From: Candidatus Latescibacterota bacterium
Lineage (GTDB): Bacteria; Latescibacterota; UBA2968
Length of the DNA: 64,000 nucleotides
Assembly: GCA_965207885.1 (NCBI GenBank)
Contig: OZ242311.1
Location: 3,776,001-3,840,000 of the forward strand
Reading direction: 5' to 3'
Each line of letters starts with the position of its first letter. Within the stretch, counting starts at the first letter, position 1. A program made the position numbers and the translations under genes. Below are positions 38,833-48,854 of this stretch, in pieces. The notes under the pieces are model-generated. The model saw only the letters and a program-made list of their open reading frames with translations. It made no database searches and was not told the origin of the DNA.

Positions 38833-41800
38833 ATGAAACTCAGTGAATTTGCCATTAATAAACCCATTAGCACCATTATGATTGTACTCAGTATTATGAT
38901 GATGGGTTTTATATCCCTATTCAGGCTGCCGCTCGAATACCTGCCCAGCCTGACATTTCCGCGCATCTTTGTCTCTGTCAATTATCCCTCCTCTTCCCCG
39001 GAAGAAATTGAGCGGTTCATCACGCGCCCCATCGAGGAAATCCTCGGAACGCTGTCGGGTGTTGAAAGCATAAGTTCCTCATCCAGCGGATCCAGTGCGC
39101 GCGTCGGCATGGAATTTGCGATGGATGCGGACATGGACATCATCGGTGTTCACATCCGAGACCGCCTCGATCAAGTTCGCGCCGACCTGCCCGCCGATGT
39201 CGATCGCATCGACATTCGCAGCTTCGACACCGAAGACTTTCCCGTCCTCGAATATTCCCTCACCTGGCTTGGCGAAAACAACCAGGAACTCGTCAATGTG
39301 TTCAATCAAATGATTCTGCCCAGAGTGCAGCGTCTCGAAGGCGTCGCCAATGTCGCGCTCGAGGGCCTGCGAGAAAAAGACCTCCTCATCGAAGTCGATC
39401 AAAAAGCCATGACAGCCTATAAGATGGATTTCCGCACCATCAATCGCGCCCTGAATAGCAACAATATCAATATCTCTGCGGGGTATGTCACCGAAGGCAA
39501 CAAACGCTTCGCCGTTCGCAGCATGGGCGAATTTGAAACCATTGACCAAATTCGCGATCTGCCCATTCGCCCCAATCTCACCCTCGACGACATTGCCAAT
39601 GTCACATACGATTATCCCGAATCTCGCAGCTTTGAACGCCTCGACGGGCGCCCCTCGTTAAACCTCGAAGTTCAGAAAGCCTCAACGGCCAACATGGTCG
39701 ATGTTTGCAAACTCGTGCGCGACGAACTCGCCCTCATCCACTCGGAAGTCGGAAAAGAAAAGCTCCGCATGCACATGGTGCGCGATCGATCCATCGACGT
39801 GACAAATAGCATCAAGAGCCTCAGCCAATCTGCTATTCTGGGTGGTCTGCTGGCCGTCATCGCCATCTTTATTTTTCTTCGCAACTTCCGCAGCACGCTC
39901 ATCATCGGCTCTGCTATTCCCATCAGCGTGCTCACCGTATTCCTGATCATGTATTTCATGCGCCAATCCGGCTCGAACATCACTCTCAATCTCATTTCGA
40001 TGATGGGGCTGATGGTCGCCATTGGTATGCTCGTCGATCCCGCAGTCGTAGCCCTTGAAAATATCTTTCGCAAACGGTTTGAAGAAGGGCAAGAGGCCAG
40101 GCACGCCGCGCTCGAGGGCAGCGATGAAATCGGGCTTCCCGTCCTCGCTGCATCGCTCACGACCATCTGCGTATTTATTCCGGTCATTTTTGTCACCGAT
40201 TCGCGCACCTCGCTCTTCATGCGCGACTTTGCCATTACCGTAATCATAGCTGTTATTGCCTCGTTTTGTATCGCGCTCTCGCTCATCCCGCTGGCAGCCT
40301 CACGCGCATTCAAACACGATGGACAACTCCTCGATCGCATTCTCAAGAGCATCGTCGGCCTTGTAGCCGCACTTGGTCTGGGCACTCTTATTTATTACAC
40401 GGACTTCAGCAAAATTGATTACGCGGGTCTGTGGACAAATTTTAATAAGACCATCAGCGAACTTCCGACATTTGCCAAAATCGGTTTTCCCGGCGTCATT
40501 GCACTGGTCGTCTTTCTCTATTTTCGCTACCGATCAATCGGTCCCAAAGCTCTATATGCCAAATTGGTATCTTCTACGCTTCACTATCGATGGGCAACCC
40601 TGTCGGCTGCATGTGTCCTGCTCTTTATGGGCAACTATATCTATGGAAAAGTAGAACAACAACCCTTCCGCTATCAGCCCAGTCGCGCTGTAAGGCTCAC
40701 CATTGAAATGCCCCGCAGTTACGATGTGGATCAAGCGCGTGAGATCTTCAAAATTGCCGAAGACATGCTCATCCCCTTAAAAGACGAACTCGACATCGAA
40801 GCCATTGGCAGCCGATACAGTGGTCGGCGAGGCACACGCCTGACCCTTTATCTCACGTCAGCAGACCAGGGCAAACTCACCACAGATGAAGTTCAACGCA
40901 AAGTTATGGCCCTTCTGCCCAAAGACATTCCAGGTGTGCGTTTCAAATCCGGCGGTGGTCGCGGGAGTTCTGCTGTGGGAGCGGGTGTTCAGCTCAAAGG
41001 GCGTAGTCAGGAAACACTGGCCATTTTGGCCGAAGACATTGAAACCAGCATGCAGGACATGCCCGGCGTTCACGAAATACAGACCAGCCTCGAAAGTGGA
41101 ACCGAGGAAATTCGCGTCACGGTCAATCGCGAGCGCGCACAGCGCTACGGTCTCTCGCCGCGCGATATTGCAAACACCATTGCCTCTGCACTCGGTTCGC
41201 GCGGTGGCTCCAACTTCAAAACCCCGGACGGTGAGATCGACATCACAGTGCTGCTACGCGAAGAAGATCGCGCCACCCTCGAGCAGCTCAAAACAACAGA
41301 GTTTGAAAGCGACAACGGCGGCATGGTCACCTTCTCCAGCCTGGCGGATTTCGACCTGACAACGGGCACCAACACAATTCGACGCGAAGACCGCATGTCA
41401 ACAGTGACGGTTTTTGCCAACACAGACCAGCAGGCGGTATTTCGCGTGGGCCAGATCATGAAAATGCGCATGGAAGGCGTACCCCTGCCCAAGGGATACA
41501 CCTATGAAATGGATCGCCGCTTCAGATCTATGAATGCAGAACAAAACCAGGACTATGAGACCTTGATCTTAGCACTCATTCTCATTTACATCATCATGGC
41601 CTCGCTCTTTGAATCCTATGTCCATCCGCTCACCATTATGTTCTGCATTTTCTTCGCATTCATCGGCGTCGCGCTCGGTCTCTACACCTTCAAAATCGCC
41701 ATGGACAGCAATGCCAAATACGGCCTCCTCGTGCTCTTTGGCATCGTGGTCAACAACGGCATTGTCCTGGTCGATCACATCAACAGATACCGAAAGCAGG

Positions 41801-42084
41801 GCCTTACTCGCCGCGATGCCATTATTCGCGGTGGGCAAGACCGCTTGCGTCCGATTATGATGACCGCTACGACGACCATCATCGGTCTGATGCCGCTGGT
41901 ATTGCCGATGCTCTTCGGCAATGCCGAAGGCACCTCAAGACGCTGGGGACCAATTGGCCTGGTGGTTATTTCCGGGCTGTCCATCTCAACAATTTTAACC
42001 CTCGTGCTCCTGCCCACGGTCTATTCCCTCATGGATGATCTCTCCCAATTTGCCAAGCGCGTCACAGCCGTAGCACGCGCGTAA
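38833..42084 (+). CDS. RND efflux permease (AcrB/AcrD/AcrF family)
   Basis: 'YPSSSPEEIE..ITRPIE', 'IPIS', 'GMLVD', 'ASLFES..HP', 'GIVVNNGI', 'RLRPIMMT'. AAGGAGG RBS. Confidence 0.93.
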   Translation: MKLSEFAINKPISTIMIVLSIMMMGFISLFRLPLEYLPSLTFPRIFVSVNYPSSSPEEIERFITRPIEEILGTLSGVESISSSSSGSSARVGMEFAMDADMDIIGVHIRDRLDQVRADLPADVDRIDIRSFDTEDFPVLEYSLTWLGENNQELVNVFNQMILPRVQRLEGVANVALEGLREKDLLIEVDQKAMTAYKMDFRTINRALNSNNINISAGYVTEGNKRFAVRSMGEFETIDQIRDLPIRPNLTLDDIANVTYDYPESRSFERLDGRPSLNLEVQKASTANMVDVCKLVRDELALIHSEVGKEKLRMHMVRDRSIDVTNSIKSLSQSAILGGLLAVIAIFIFLRNFRSTLIIGSAIPISVLTVFLIMYFMRQSGSNITLNLISMMGLMVAIGMLVDPAVVALENIFRKRFEEGQEARHAALEGSDEIGLPVLAASLTTICVFIPVIFVTDSRTSLFMRDFAITVIIAVIASFCIALSLIPLAASRAFKHDGQLLDRILKSIVGLVAALGLGTLIYYTDFSKIDYAGLWTNFNKTISELPTFAKIGFPGVIALVVFLYFRYRSIGPKALYAKLVSSTLHYRWATLSAACVLLFMGNYIYGKVEQQPFRYQPSRAVRLTIEMPRSYDVDQAREIFKIAEDMLIPLKDELDIEAIGSRYSGRRGTRLTLYLTSADQGKLTTDEVQRKVMALLPKDIPGVRFKSGGGRGSSAVGAGVQLKGRSQETLAILAEDIETSMQDMPGVHEIQTSLESGTEEIRVTVNRERAQRYGLSPRDIANTIASALGSRGGSNFKTPDGEIDITVLLREEDRATLEQLKTTEFESDNGGMVTFSSLADFDLTTGTNTIRREDRMSTVTVFANTDQQAVFRVGQIMKMRMEGVPLPKGYTYEMDRRFRSMNAEQNQDYETLILALILIYIIMASLFESYVHPLTIMFCIFFAFIGVALGLYTFKIAMDSNAKYGLLVLFGIVVNNGIVLVDHINRYRKQGLTRRDAIIRGGQDRLRPIMMTATTTIIGLMPLVLPMLFGNAEGTSRRWGPIGLVVISGLSISTILTLVLLPTVYSLMDDLSQFAKRVTAVARA

Positions 42085-42088
42085 TAAA

Positions 42089-42133
42089 AAAGCCCCAGGC
42101 AATCGACAAACCATACCGACCGCCTGGGGCTTT
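42089..42133. terminator. Bidirectional terminator-like hairpin
   Basis: AAAGCCCCAGGC / GCCTGGGGCTTT 12-bp stem between convergent genes. Confidence 0.7.
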
Positions 42134-42153
42134 GCGTCTTTCCAGGAAATGCA

Positions 42154-42555
42154 CTACGCTTCCTCGCGCTGCACCTCCTCCGTTTCATCTGATAATCGAT
42201 CAACCCCTTGTATCTCACTACCCGCATCGCAGTCAGCTTTAAAAACAGCGCCATCTTCAACGATCAAGACGCCAGTTTGAATTTTCCCAATAAAAGTGGC
42301 TTGCGACTGCAAATGCACTTTCTCTTCAGCCACCAGATTCCCCACAATGCGCCCGCTGATCAATGCGTCGCGCACCTTCACATTGGCCTCAATAACACCC
42401 GACTTCCCCACAATCAGCGTTCCGGATGACTCGAGTTCCCCCTTCAAGATCCCATCCACACGCACGCCAGCCGCAATTTGAAAATGACCTTCAGAGACTG
42501 CCCCACGCCCAATAATGGTATTCATGGTCTTGTCAAAATTTGTGTTGCGGTCCAT
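42154..42555 (-). CDS. Bactofilin (polymer-forming cytoskeletal protein)
   Basis: 'NTIIGRG..SEG..VRVDGILKG..LIVGKSGVIEANV..ISGRIVGNL..LIVEDGAVF'. GAGGAG RBS. Confidence 0.92.
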   Translation of the reverse strand: MDRNTNFDKTMNTIIGRGAVSEGHFQIAAGVRVDGILKGELESSGTLIVGKSGVIEANVKVRDALISGRIVGNLVAEEKVHLQSQATFIGKIQTGVLIVEDGAVFKADCDAGSEIQGVDRLSDETEEVQREEA

Positions 42556-42589
42556 AAGTCTCTCCTCTAAAAGATTACTCAGCATCCAC

Positions 42590-42669
42590 ATAATATAAAT
42601 CACAGCATTTCGAGTCAATTTCTTTCTTCGAACTTTCCGCTTGACAAGCATTTTTTACGAGCGTACTTT
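42590..42669. promoter_or_regulatory. Back-to-back divergent sigma70 promoters
   Basis: Minus: TTGACT-17-TATTAT (42618-42590). Plus: TTGACA-17-TACTTT (42641-42669). Confidence 0.65.
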
Positions 42670-42704
42670 GCGAGCCGTTTTACACCCCAAACCGAGGAGA
42701 ATCT

Positions 42705-43079
42705 GTGGCATTCACAATTACCAAAACCGTTCGTCCAAACGCCGTGTGGCAAGAAATGTATCTCCAGATACAAAAAGATCAGCGCGTAATTATCACAGCA
42801 GAGGGCCTCTGGTCTCCCGAGATGCGTCCGCTTACCATTGTCTGGTGTGGTCCCGATGGCATTGAAGGGCGTCCCGCCAATGATCAATATCTCTTGCCCG
42901 GCACAAATGTGGGGGCACTCGTTGGGCGCATTGGCGACAGTCCCATTCTTTCAGTGGGCAATTATTTCGATTTTTATTCGCCCTACGAAGGCCCCCTATT
43001 TCTCGCGATGAATGAAAATCCCGAATACCACAGCCAAGCCGGTTCTCTCCACGCGCAAATCATCTTGTTTGACCTGTGA
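42705..43079 (+). CDS. LecA/PA-IL-like lectin-fold protein
   Basis: 124 aa. 'VIITAEGLWS', 'GPDG', 'GALVGRIGDS', 'GPLFLAMNE', 'GSL' parallel PA-IL segments. GAGGAG RBS. Confidence 0.65.
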   Translation: MAFTITKTVRPNAVWQEMYLQIQKDQRVIITAEGLWSPEMRPLTIVWCGPDGIEGRPANDQYLLPGTNVGALVGRIGDSPILSVGNYFDFYSPYEGPLFLAMNENPEYHSQAGSLHAQIILFDL

Positions 43080-43858
43080 AACTAATCCGCTTTTTTGCCC
43101 GAGAATACGCCCTTTCAGGGCTATTTATCATCCTGCTGCTCGGATTGTGGGAAATAGTCGTGCGAGCCCTCGACCTCGCCGCATTTATCCTTCCCCCACC
43201 CTCTCAAATCCTGTCCAAATTTGCAGCATCCCATCGCCTCCTGCTCTCTCATGGTCTCGTTACACTCACCGAAGCCCTCGGCGGCTTTCTCACAGGCGCA
43301 TCATCGGGGCTACTTTGCGCTATAGCAATGGCCCGTTCCCGCCTGATTGAACGGATGCTCTATCCGCTGGTCATCTCCACGCAGACCTTTCCCAAAGAGG
43401 CACTGGCTCCTGTCTTCGTCATCTGGTTTGGATTTGGCCTTTTGCCCAAAGTGATTATTGCGGGCCTCATTTCCTTTTTTCCCGTTGTGATCAACACCAC
43501 GCGCGGTCTCTTATCCGTTGACAAATCCATCCTCGACTTAATGCGATCACTCTCGGCCAGCCAACGACAAATTTTTTTTAAAGTGCGCTTGCCCAATGCC
43601 ATTCCCTATCTTTTTGCCGCACTCAAAATGTGCATCACGCTCAGTGTGATTGGCGCGGTAGTCGGCGAATTTGTCGGCTCCAGTGCAGGTCTGGGCCACC
43701 TCATTCGGCTCGCCAATTCAGAACTCGCCACCGATTTGATGTTTGCCGCTCTGCTCGCACTCGGGTGTATGGGCACGGGCCTGTTTTTGCTCGTTGACGG
43801 CCTCGAAAAAACAGCCCTGCGCCGTTGGGGCGGCGCCGTTGAAACCATAGGTCGCTAA
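43076..43858 (+). CDS. ABC permease, NitT/TauT/SsuC family
   Basis: 'ILPPPSQI', 'FFPVVINT..GL', 'KVRLPNAIP', 'IGAVVGEF..GLGHLI'. Confidence 0.92.
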   Translation: MKLIRFFAREYALSGLFIILLLGLWEIVVRALDLAAFILPPPSQILSKFAASHRLLLSHGLVTLTEALGGFLTGASSGLLCAIAMARSRLIERMLYPLVISTQTFPKEALAPVFVIWFGFGLLPKVIIAGLISFFPVVINTTRGLLSVDKSILDLMRSLSASQRQIFFKVRLPNAIPYLFAALKMCITLSVIGAVVGEFVGSSAGLGHLIRLANSELATDLMFAALLALGCMGTGLFLLVDGLEKTALRRWGGAVETIGR

Positions 43859-43871
43859 AAGGAGTATTCCC

Positions 43872-44837
43872 ATGCAAAAAATATTCATCGCTCTTGCCCT
43901 CGCACTCATCACCCTGTCCTGTACGAGTACAGACAAGACACAGGTACAGTTCATTCTCGACTGGAAGGCGCAGATGGAACACGCGGGCTTTTTTGTCGCC
44001 AAACAAAAGGGGTTTTACGAACAAGAGGGACTTGAGATCGAAATCCTCGAAGGCAGTGGTGCCCCCACTTCAGCTCGCGTCGTGGGCAACGGCACCTACA
44101 AACTCGGCGTGGCCAGCGGATCGGCAACTGTTATGGCGAGGGTGCGCAACATTCCCATTGTATCGCTCGCAGTAATCAATCAGCAAACCCCGGTGGTCGT
44201 TTATTCACTCGTAGAAAAAAATATCACAACACCGCAGGACCTGATCGGCAAAAGCATTGGCGTCAATATCGGCGGCACGAAACACCGCGAATTTCAAGCC
44301 TTCTTGCGCCACCAGAATATCCCCGAAGAAGACATACAACTCATGGGCATGAGCGAAGCCAGCCCGGCGCCGCTCCTCGCAGGCCAAGTCGATGCCATGC
44401 TCGGATACACCGAAGACCAACCCGTCACAGTCGAACTTCAGGGCCACGCGGTCAATCGCCTTGCCCTCTCGGACTACGGCATCGATGTCTATAGCACCAA
44501 TATCATTGCCAATGAGTCTTTTCTCAAAGAAAATCCCGATCTGGTCAAACGCTTTTTGCGGGCGAGCCTGCGCGGATGGCAACACGCCGTCGATCATCCC
44601 GAAGATGCGGTAGCAGCCTACATGGCCGCGCGTCCCGAAAGCGACGAGGCCTTCAATCGCGCCAATTTCAAATATCTGATTCCCCTGTTGCAGAGCGCCG
44701 ACACACAACAACAGGGCCTGGGCGCCCAAACTGAAGCAAAGTGGCAACAAACACAGGATATCCTCCACAGCCTGGACATGATCGACCAAAAAGTCGATCT
44801 CAACCTGCTCTTCACCACGAAATTTATGCCTGAGTGA
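43872..44837 (+). CDS. ABC substrate-binding lipoprotein, NMT1/THI5/SsuA family
   Basis: Lipobox 'TLSC', 'LDW...EHAGFFVA..KGFY..EGL', 'LAGQVDA', 'FLRASLRGW'. Confidence 0.9.
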   Translation: MQKIFIALALALITLSCTSTDKTQVQFILDWKAQMEHAGFFVAKQKGFYEQEGLEIEILEGSGAPTSARVVGNGTYKLGVASGSATVMARVRNIPIVSLAVINQQTPVVVYSLVEKNITTPQDLIGKSIGVNIGGTKHREFQAFLRHQNIPEEDIQLMGMSEASPAPLLAGQVDAMLGYTEDQPVTVELQGHAVNRLALSDYGIDVYSTNIIANESFLKENPDLVKRFLRASLRGWQHAVDHPEDAVAAYMAARPESDEAFNRANFKYLIPLLQSADTQQQGLGAQTEAKWQQTQDILHSLDMIDQKVDLNLLFTTKFMPE

Positions 44838-46221
44838 AGTCGGGAGCTAATCGCACACCAACCGCCTGCTCATAAGCATAAGCCAGGCGCAAAATCCGAG
44901 CCTCGTCATAAGGTTTGCCGATAATCTGCAAACCAATGGGCAAAACCTCATCAGACCACCCACACGGAACCGACACCGCGCATAAACCCAAAAAATTGAC
45001 CAGCCGCGTTGTCAACCTGACGGGCGCGACATCGACATCTGTGACACGCGGTGCAACCGTCAACATCGTCGGACAAATCACGGCATCCACATCTCGCAGG
45101 GTCTCGCGGGCCGAGATCCGCAACTCTTCGCGCCGCTGTAAAACCGCCGCATAATCTGGCGCAGAAAAAGACGCGCCATGTGCAATCCGCGCTCGAATGC
45201 GCGGATCCATCATCTCGCCATACTCTGCTATAAAATTACCGTGGCACGCATACCCCTCCACACACATAATCATCGCACTGCCGCGCCCCTCAAGCTCTTC
45301 GTCTAACTCTTCCCGCGCTTCGGGAAATTGCATTTCCTCCACATCAACTCCCAAATCACACAAAATCTCTGCCGCGGCTTCTACTGAAGCAATAACCTCA
45401 GCATCTGCCCCATCGCAAAACGGATCGCGCACAAACCCGGCGCGCAACCCCCTTATATCTCGCTTTAACCCGCGAACCACATCTACCAGCGGTTGATTTA
45501 ACGTCACCGGGTCAGCCGCATCAGGCCCCGCGATCGCTTCAAACACCAGCGCGGCATCTTCCACAGACCGCGTCAAAGGTCCCATGCTATCCAGCGTCCA
45601 CGAAAGCGGCATCGCACCAGCACGACTTACCCGTTCCAGCGTGGGCTTGAGACCCACAACACCGCAAAACGAAGCCGGGATGCGGATAGAGCCTCCCGTA
45701 TCTGTACCCATCGCAACAGGTACCAATCCCGCCGCCACAGCCACCCCCGACCCACTGCTCGATCCCCCCGGTACGCGTTCTGATCCCCAGGGATTCGGTG
45801 GTGTACCGTAATGGGGATTCAAACCATAAGGCCCAAACGCGAGTTCCACCATATTGGTCTTACCCATCAACACGGCACCAGCCTGCGAAAGACGCTTTGC
45901 GACAGTTGCCGAATTCTCTGGCACAAATGTATCCCATACTTTCGCACCCGAAGTCGTGCGAATACCCACCGTGTGAAACAGATCTTTAAGCGCAATTGGA
46001 ATGCCGTGCAAAGGCCCCAAATCCGATCCCGACCGCAACATCGCCTCCGCCGCCTGTGCCTCGGCGCGAGCGCGTTCGGCCGTAACTGTAATAAACGCCT
46101 TTGTCTGACCACCGTATTCTTCAATGCGATTGAGTAGCGTATCCACCACCTCAACCGGCGACACATCCCCCGCCCGATAGCGCGCGCCCAATTCCGATAG
46201 GGTTGCAAAATGTATATCCAA
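44824..46221 (-). CDS. Amidase signature family (GatA-like) amidase
   Basis: 'GIPIALKD', 'GKTN', 'GGSSSGS', 'GTDTGGSIRIPAS'. TTG start after GGAGG. Confidence 0.92.
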   Translation of the reverse strand: MDIHFATLSELGARYRAGDVSPVEVVDTLLNRIEEYGGQTKAFITVTAERARAEAQAAEAMLRSGSDLGPLHGIPIALKDLFHTVGIRTTSGAKVWDTFVPENSATVAKRLSQAGAVLMGKTNMVELAFGPYGLNPHYGTPPNPWGSERVPGGSSSGSGVAVAAGLVPVAMGTDTGGSIRIPASFCGVVGLKPTLERVSRAGAMPLSWTLDSMGPLTRSVEDAALVFEAIAGPDAADPVTLNQPLVDVVRGLKRDIRGLRAGFVRDPFCDGADAEVIASVEAAAEILCDLGVDVEEMQFPEAREELDEELEGRGSAMIMCVEGYACHGNFIAEYGEMMDPRIRARIAHGASFSAPDYAAVLQRREELRISARETLRDVDAVICPTMLTVAPRVTDVDVAPVRLTTRLVNFLGLCAVSVPCGWSDEVLPIGLQIIGKPYDEARILRLAYAYEQAVGVRLAPDFTQA

Positions 46222-46223
46222 AG

Positions 46224-47264
46224 TCAGATATCCTCCCCGGGCGACCACGTCACCCGTCCGGCAATCATGTCCTCTAACAACACAAGCTCCCCACCGCGTT
46301 CTGCCGATGCATTGGCTCCCAGTACAGCCGCCAGACTGTTCAGCGCATCGCCATAAGAACTCCGCATCGCAGTGCGATCTCCCTTCCGTATCGCACCGAC
46401 AAATGCCTCTGCCTGAAACGCAAATGCATTGGGCCGATCATCCCACGCCGCGACTTCTTCACCATTCAACACGACATTTTGCGCCGACCACTCGAAAAAT
46501 GCGTCGTCGGCAACCACCGTCACCTCGCGCCGCGCATAATTCACATTGGTCAACACCCGCGATGTCGTCGCATTGGCAACCACACCGCTCTTAAATCGAT
46601 AATTCACATTATAGGCATAAGGCATATTGATCGGCTCTGGCCCATCACCTTCCGCGCGGTAAAAATAAAACGCCGATACCGCCTCGATATCGCCCAGAAA
46701 AAAACGCAATAGATCAATCATGTGAATGGTATTTTCCACATACGATCCCCCACACAGGGCCATGCGACTCGTCCAGTATCGGATATGCCGTCCGCTGTAA
46801 AACAACTGCACCTGTGCGTGCCTCGAAATCCGCGCTTCGAGCATCGCCTTCAAATATTCAGCAGAAGGGTAATAGCGACTCATGAACCCCACTTGGGAAA
46901 CAATACCCGCCCTATCAATCGCCTCACAAAACACCACAGCCTGAGCCATATCTAAACTCTGTGGTTTCTCCACAAAAAGAGCGATCCCCTTCTCCGCAGC
47001 GATCAACTCCGCATCCGTATGCAAAGCCGGGGGCAAACACACATAAACCCCGTCCAATTCCTCTTTGTCAAACATCTCGTGGTGATCCGTATAAATAGAT
47101 TTCGCGCCCCAAACCTTTGCCTGCTCAGACACAATGCCCTGATCCACATCGCAAAATGCCTGCAACACCATCTCGCCCTTTTCTGCCAATTGGGATAGGG
47201 CTGGCAAATGTGCATTCTGTGGAATATGGCCCAATCCGATCATCCCTATGCGAACGGGTTGCAT
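46224..47264 (-). CDS. Gfo/Idh/MocA family oxidoreductase
   Basis: 'IGLG', 'EKP', 'GG..EN.IH..D'. Confidence 0.9.
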   Translation of the reverse strand: MQPVRIGMIGLGHIPQNAHLPALSQLAEKGEMVLQAFCDVDQGIVSEQAKVWGAKSIYTDHHEMFDKEELDGVYVCLPPALHTDAELIAAEKGIALFVEKPQSLDMAQAVVFCEAIDRAGIVSQVGFMSRYYPSAEYLKAMLEARISRHAQVQLFYSGRHIRYWTSRMALCGGSYVENTIHMIDLLRFFLGDIEAVSAFYFYRAEGDGPEPINMPYAYNVNYRFKSGVVANATTSRVLTNVNYARREVTVVADDAFFEWSAQNVVLNGEEVAAWDDRPNAFAFQAEAFVGAIRKGDRTAMRSSYGDALNSLAAVLGANASAERGGELVLLEDMIAGRVTWSPGEDI

Positions 47265-47267
47265 ATA

Positions 47268-48164
47268 CTATCCCCCCTCAATCTCTGCAATCAATTCTCC
47301 AGATAATTGCCCGCCATCCGACACACTCACACAATCCTCTAACTCATCAATATCCGATACCCCACACAACAACATCGACACCCTGTTGTCCGACAACAAA
47401 TAGCGCAAAGCCGTGCGCGTCATGGATTCATCTACACCTTCAACAATTTTTTCCACCCGTATTAGATCGTTATACAAATCGGCAAACCGACCCTGTGCCA
47501 TCCACTGATCCCGTTTTGAACCCAACAACCCCGCGTGCAGTGGCGAAGCGCAAATCACAGCAACGCCTTCTGCTGCTGCCGTGGGAATCAACTCCTCGGT
47601 TGCTTCTCGCGTCAGCAAATCGTACTTGCAAAACGTAATCACCGAAACAAAAACATCGGTCTCTTTGAGCACCCGGGACATCAAACCCAGATCAGAACCC
47701 GTCAGCCCAATATAATCACAGATTCCCTGAGCCTGTATCTCCAACAATGCCTCTATAGTTCGCCCCGCATCAAACAACCCGGGCCACTCGGCTTTTTCGG
47801 CTTCGTGCACCTGCAGAAGGTGTACATGATCGCGCTTTAACCGCTTCAAACTCGCATCGAGACCACGCCATACTGCATCGCGTGTATAGTCAAACGGCTC
47901 GGGATAATACCCCACCTTTGTCGCCAGATAATACGGCTCTCTTACGCCCGACAGCGCGACGCCCAACACCTCTTCGCTGCGCCCGCGCCCGTAAAGCGGT
48001 GCGGTATCGAAATAATTCACACCCAATTCCAGCGCCCGTTCCACTATCGCCACGCCATGCGACACCGGTTTTAGCCCCATCTCCGGGCGCCCGTAGAACC
48101 ACGACCCGCCAAGCCCTATCTCACTGACCTCCCATCCCGTTTTACCAAATATTCTGTATTCCAT
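47268..48164 (-). CDS. Aldo/keto reductase
   Basis: 'MEYRIFGKTG..VSEIGLG', 'FDTAPLYG', 'ATKVG', 'SLKRL', 'QVH'. Confidence 0.92.
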   Translation of the reverse strand: MEYRIFGKTGWEVSEIGLGGSWFYGRPEMGLKPVSHGVAIVERALELGVNYFDTAPLYGRGRSEEVLGVALSGVREPYYLATKVGYYPEPFDYTRDAVWRGLDASLKRLKRDHVHLLQVHEAEKAEWPGLFDAGRTIEALLEIQAQGICDYIGLTGSDLGLMSRVLKETDVFVSVITFCKYDLLTREATEELIPTAAAEGVAVICASPLHAGLLGSKRDQWMAQGRFADLYNDLIRVEKIVEGVDESMTRTALRYLLSDNRVSMLLCGVSDIDELEDCVSVSDGGQLSGELIAEIEGG

Positions 48165-48169
48165 TTTAA

Positions 48170-48844
48170 TTACCGATACCATCGACTCAACGTGACATCC
48201 GATACGGAACACGCATAGAGTAGGCGCAACGCCCACATCTCTACCACAGTACGAACAAAGCCCCACTTGCGCCACCGGCGTGTGGAACTGCATACCCGCG
48301 CATTGAGCATCACAAATTTGCCAATACGCGCCACACGCGCGCAAAATTCGGAATCCTCAAACAACTGCAAAGGTGGAAATCCCCCCACAGCATTGAAAGT
48401 CTCTCGCCGAACATAAATACCCTGATCGCCATAAGTAATCCCCAAATACCGGGAGCGCAATGTGCTGAAAAACGCAACCAACCGAAAACCAATCGTCTCC
48501 TCCGACAACCCGAGCCTAAATCGCCCGCCCACCACACCGAATACGCGCAACGAGTCGCGTATCAACATCAACCCATCAGAGGGCAAAAATGTATCGGCGT
48601 GTAAAAACAAAAACACATCGCCCGTCGCCCTTTCCACACCGGCATTCATCTGCAGCGCCCGCCCTGCTTTCCCTACTTGAACCCATTGTGCCCTACCAAG
48701 CGCCTCAACCACTTCCTGCGTGTCATCCGTACTCCCACCATCTACCACAATTAGTTCCACATCCTCAACACCGCAAAACTGTGCCAGACACGCGCCGATA
48801 ACAGCTTCTTCATTTAGAACGGGAATAATCACACTGATCTGCAC
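48170..48844 (-). CDS. GT2 glycosyltransferase, TIGR04283-type
   Basis: 'SVIIPVLNE', 'VDGGSTD', 'GRALQMNAG', 'FLHAD', 'YGDQG', 'FED', 'RRW'. Confidence 0.88.
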   Translation of the reverse strand: MQISVIIPVLNEEAVIGACLAQFCGVEDVELIVVDGGSTDDTQEVVEALGRAQWVQVGKAGRALQMNAGVERATGDVFLFLHADTFLPSDGLMLIRDSLRVFGVVGGRFRLGLSEETIGFRLVAFFSTLRSRYLGITYGDQGIYVRRETFNAVGGFPPLQLFEDSEFCARVARIGKFVMLNARVCSSTRRWRKWGFVRTVVEMWALRLLYACSVSDVTLSRWYR

Positions 48845-48854
48845 ATCGACCCCG

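Noticed and set aside
42620-42704. TPP riboswitch ahead of the NMT1/THI5-type ABC genes
   Set aside because: Leader is too short and the conserved TPP aptamer segments are not seen.
44824-46221. gatA of the Glu-tRNA amidotransferase
   Set aside because: No gatB or gatC adjacent and the context is catabolic, so it is called only an amidase-signature enzyme.
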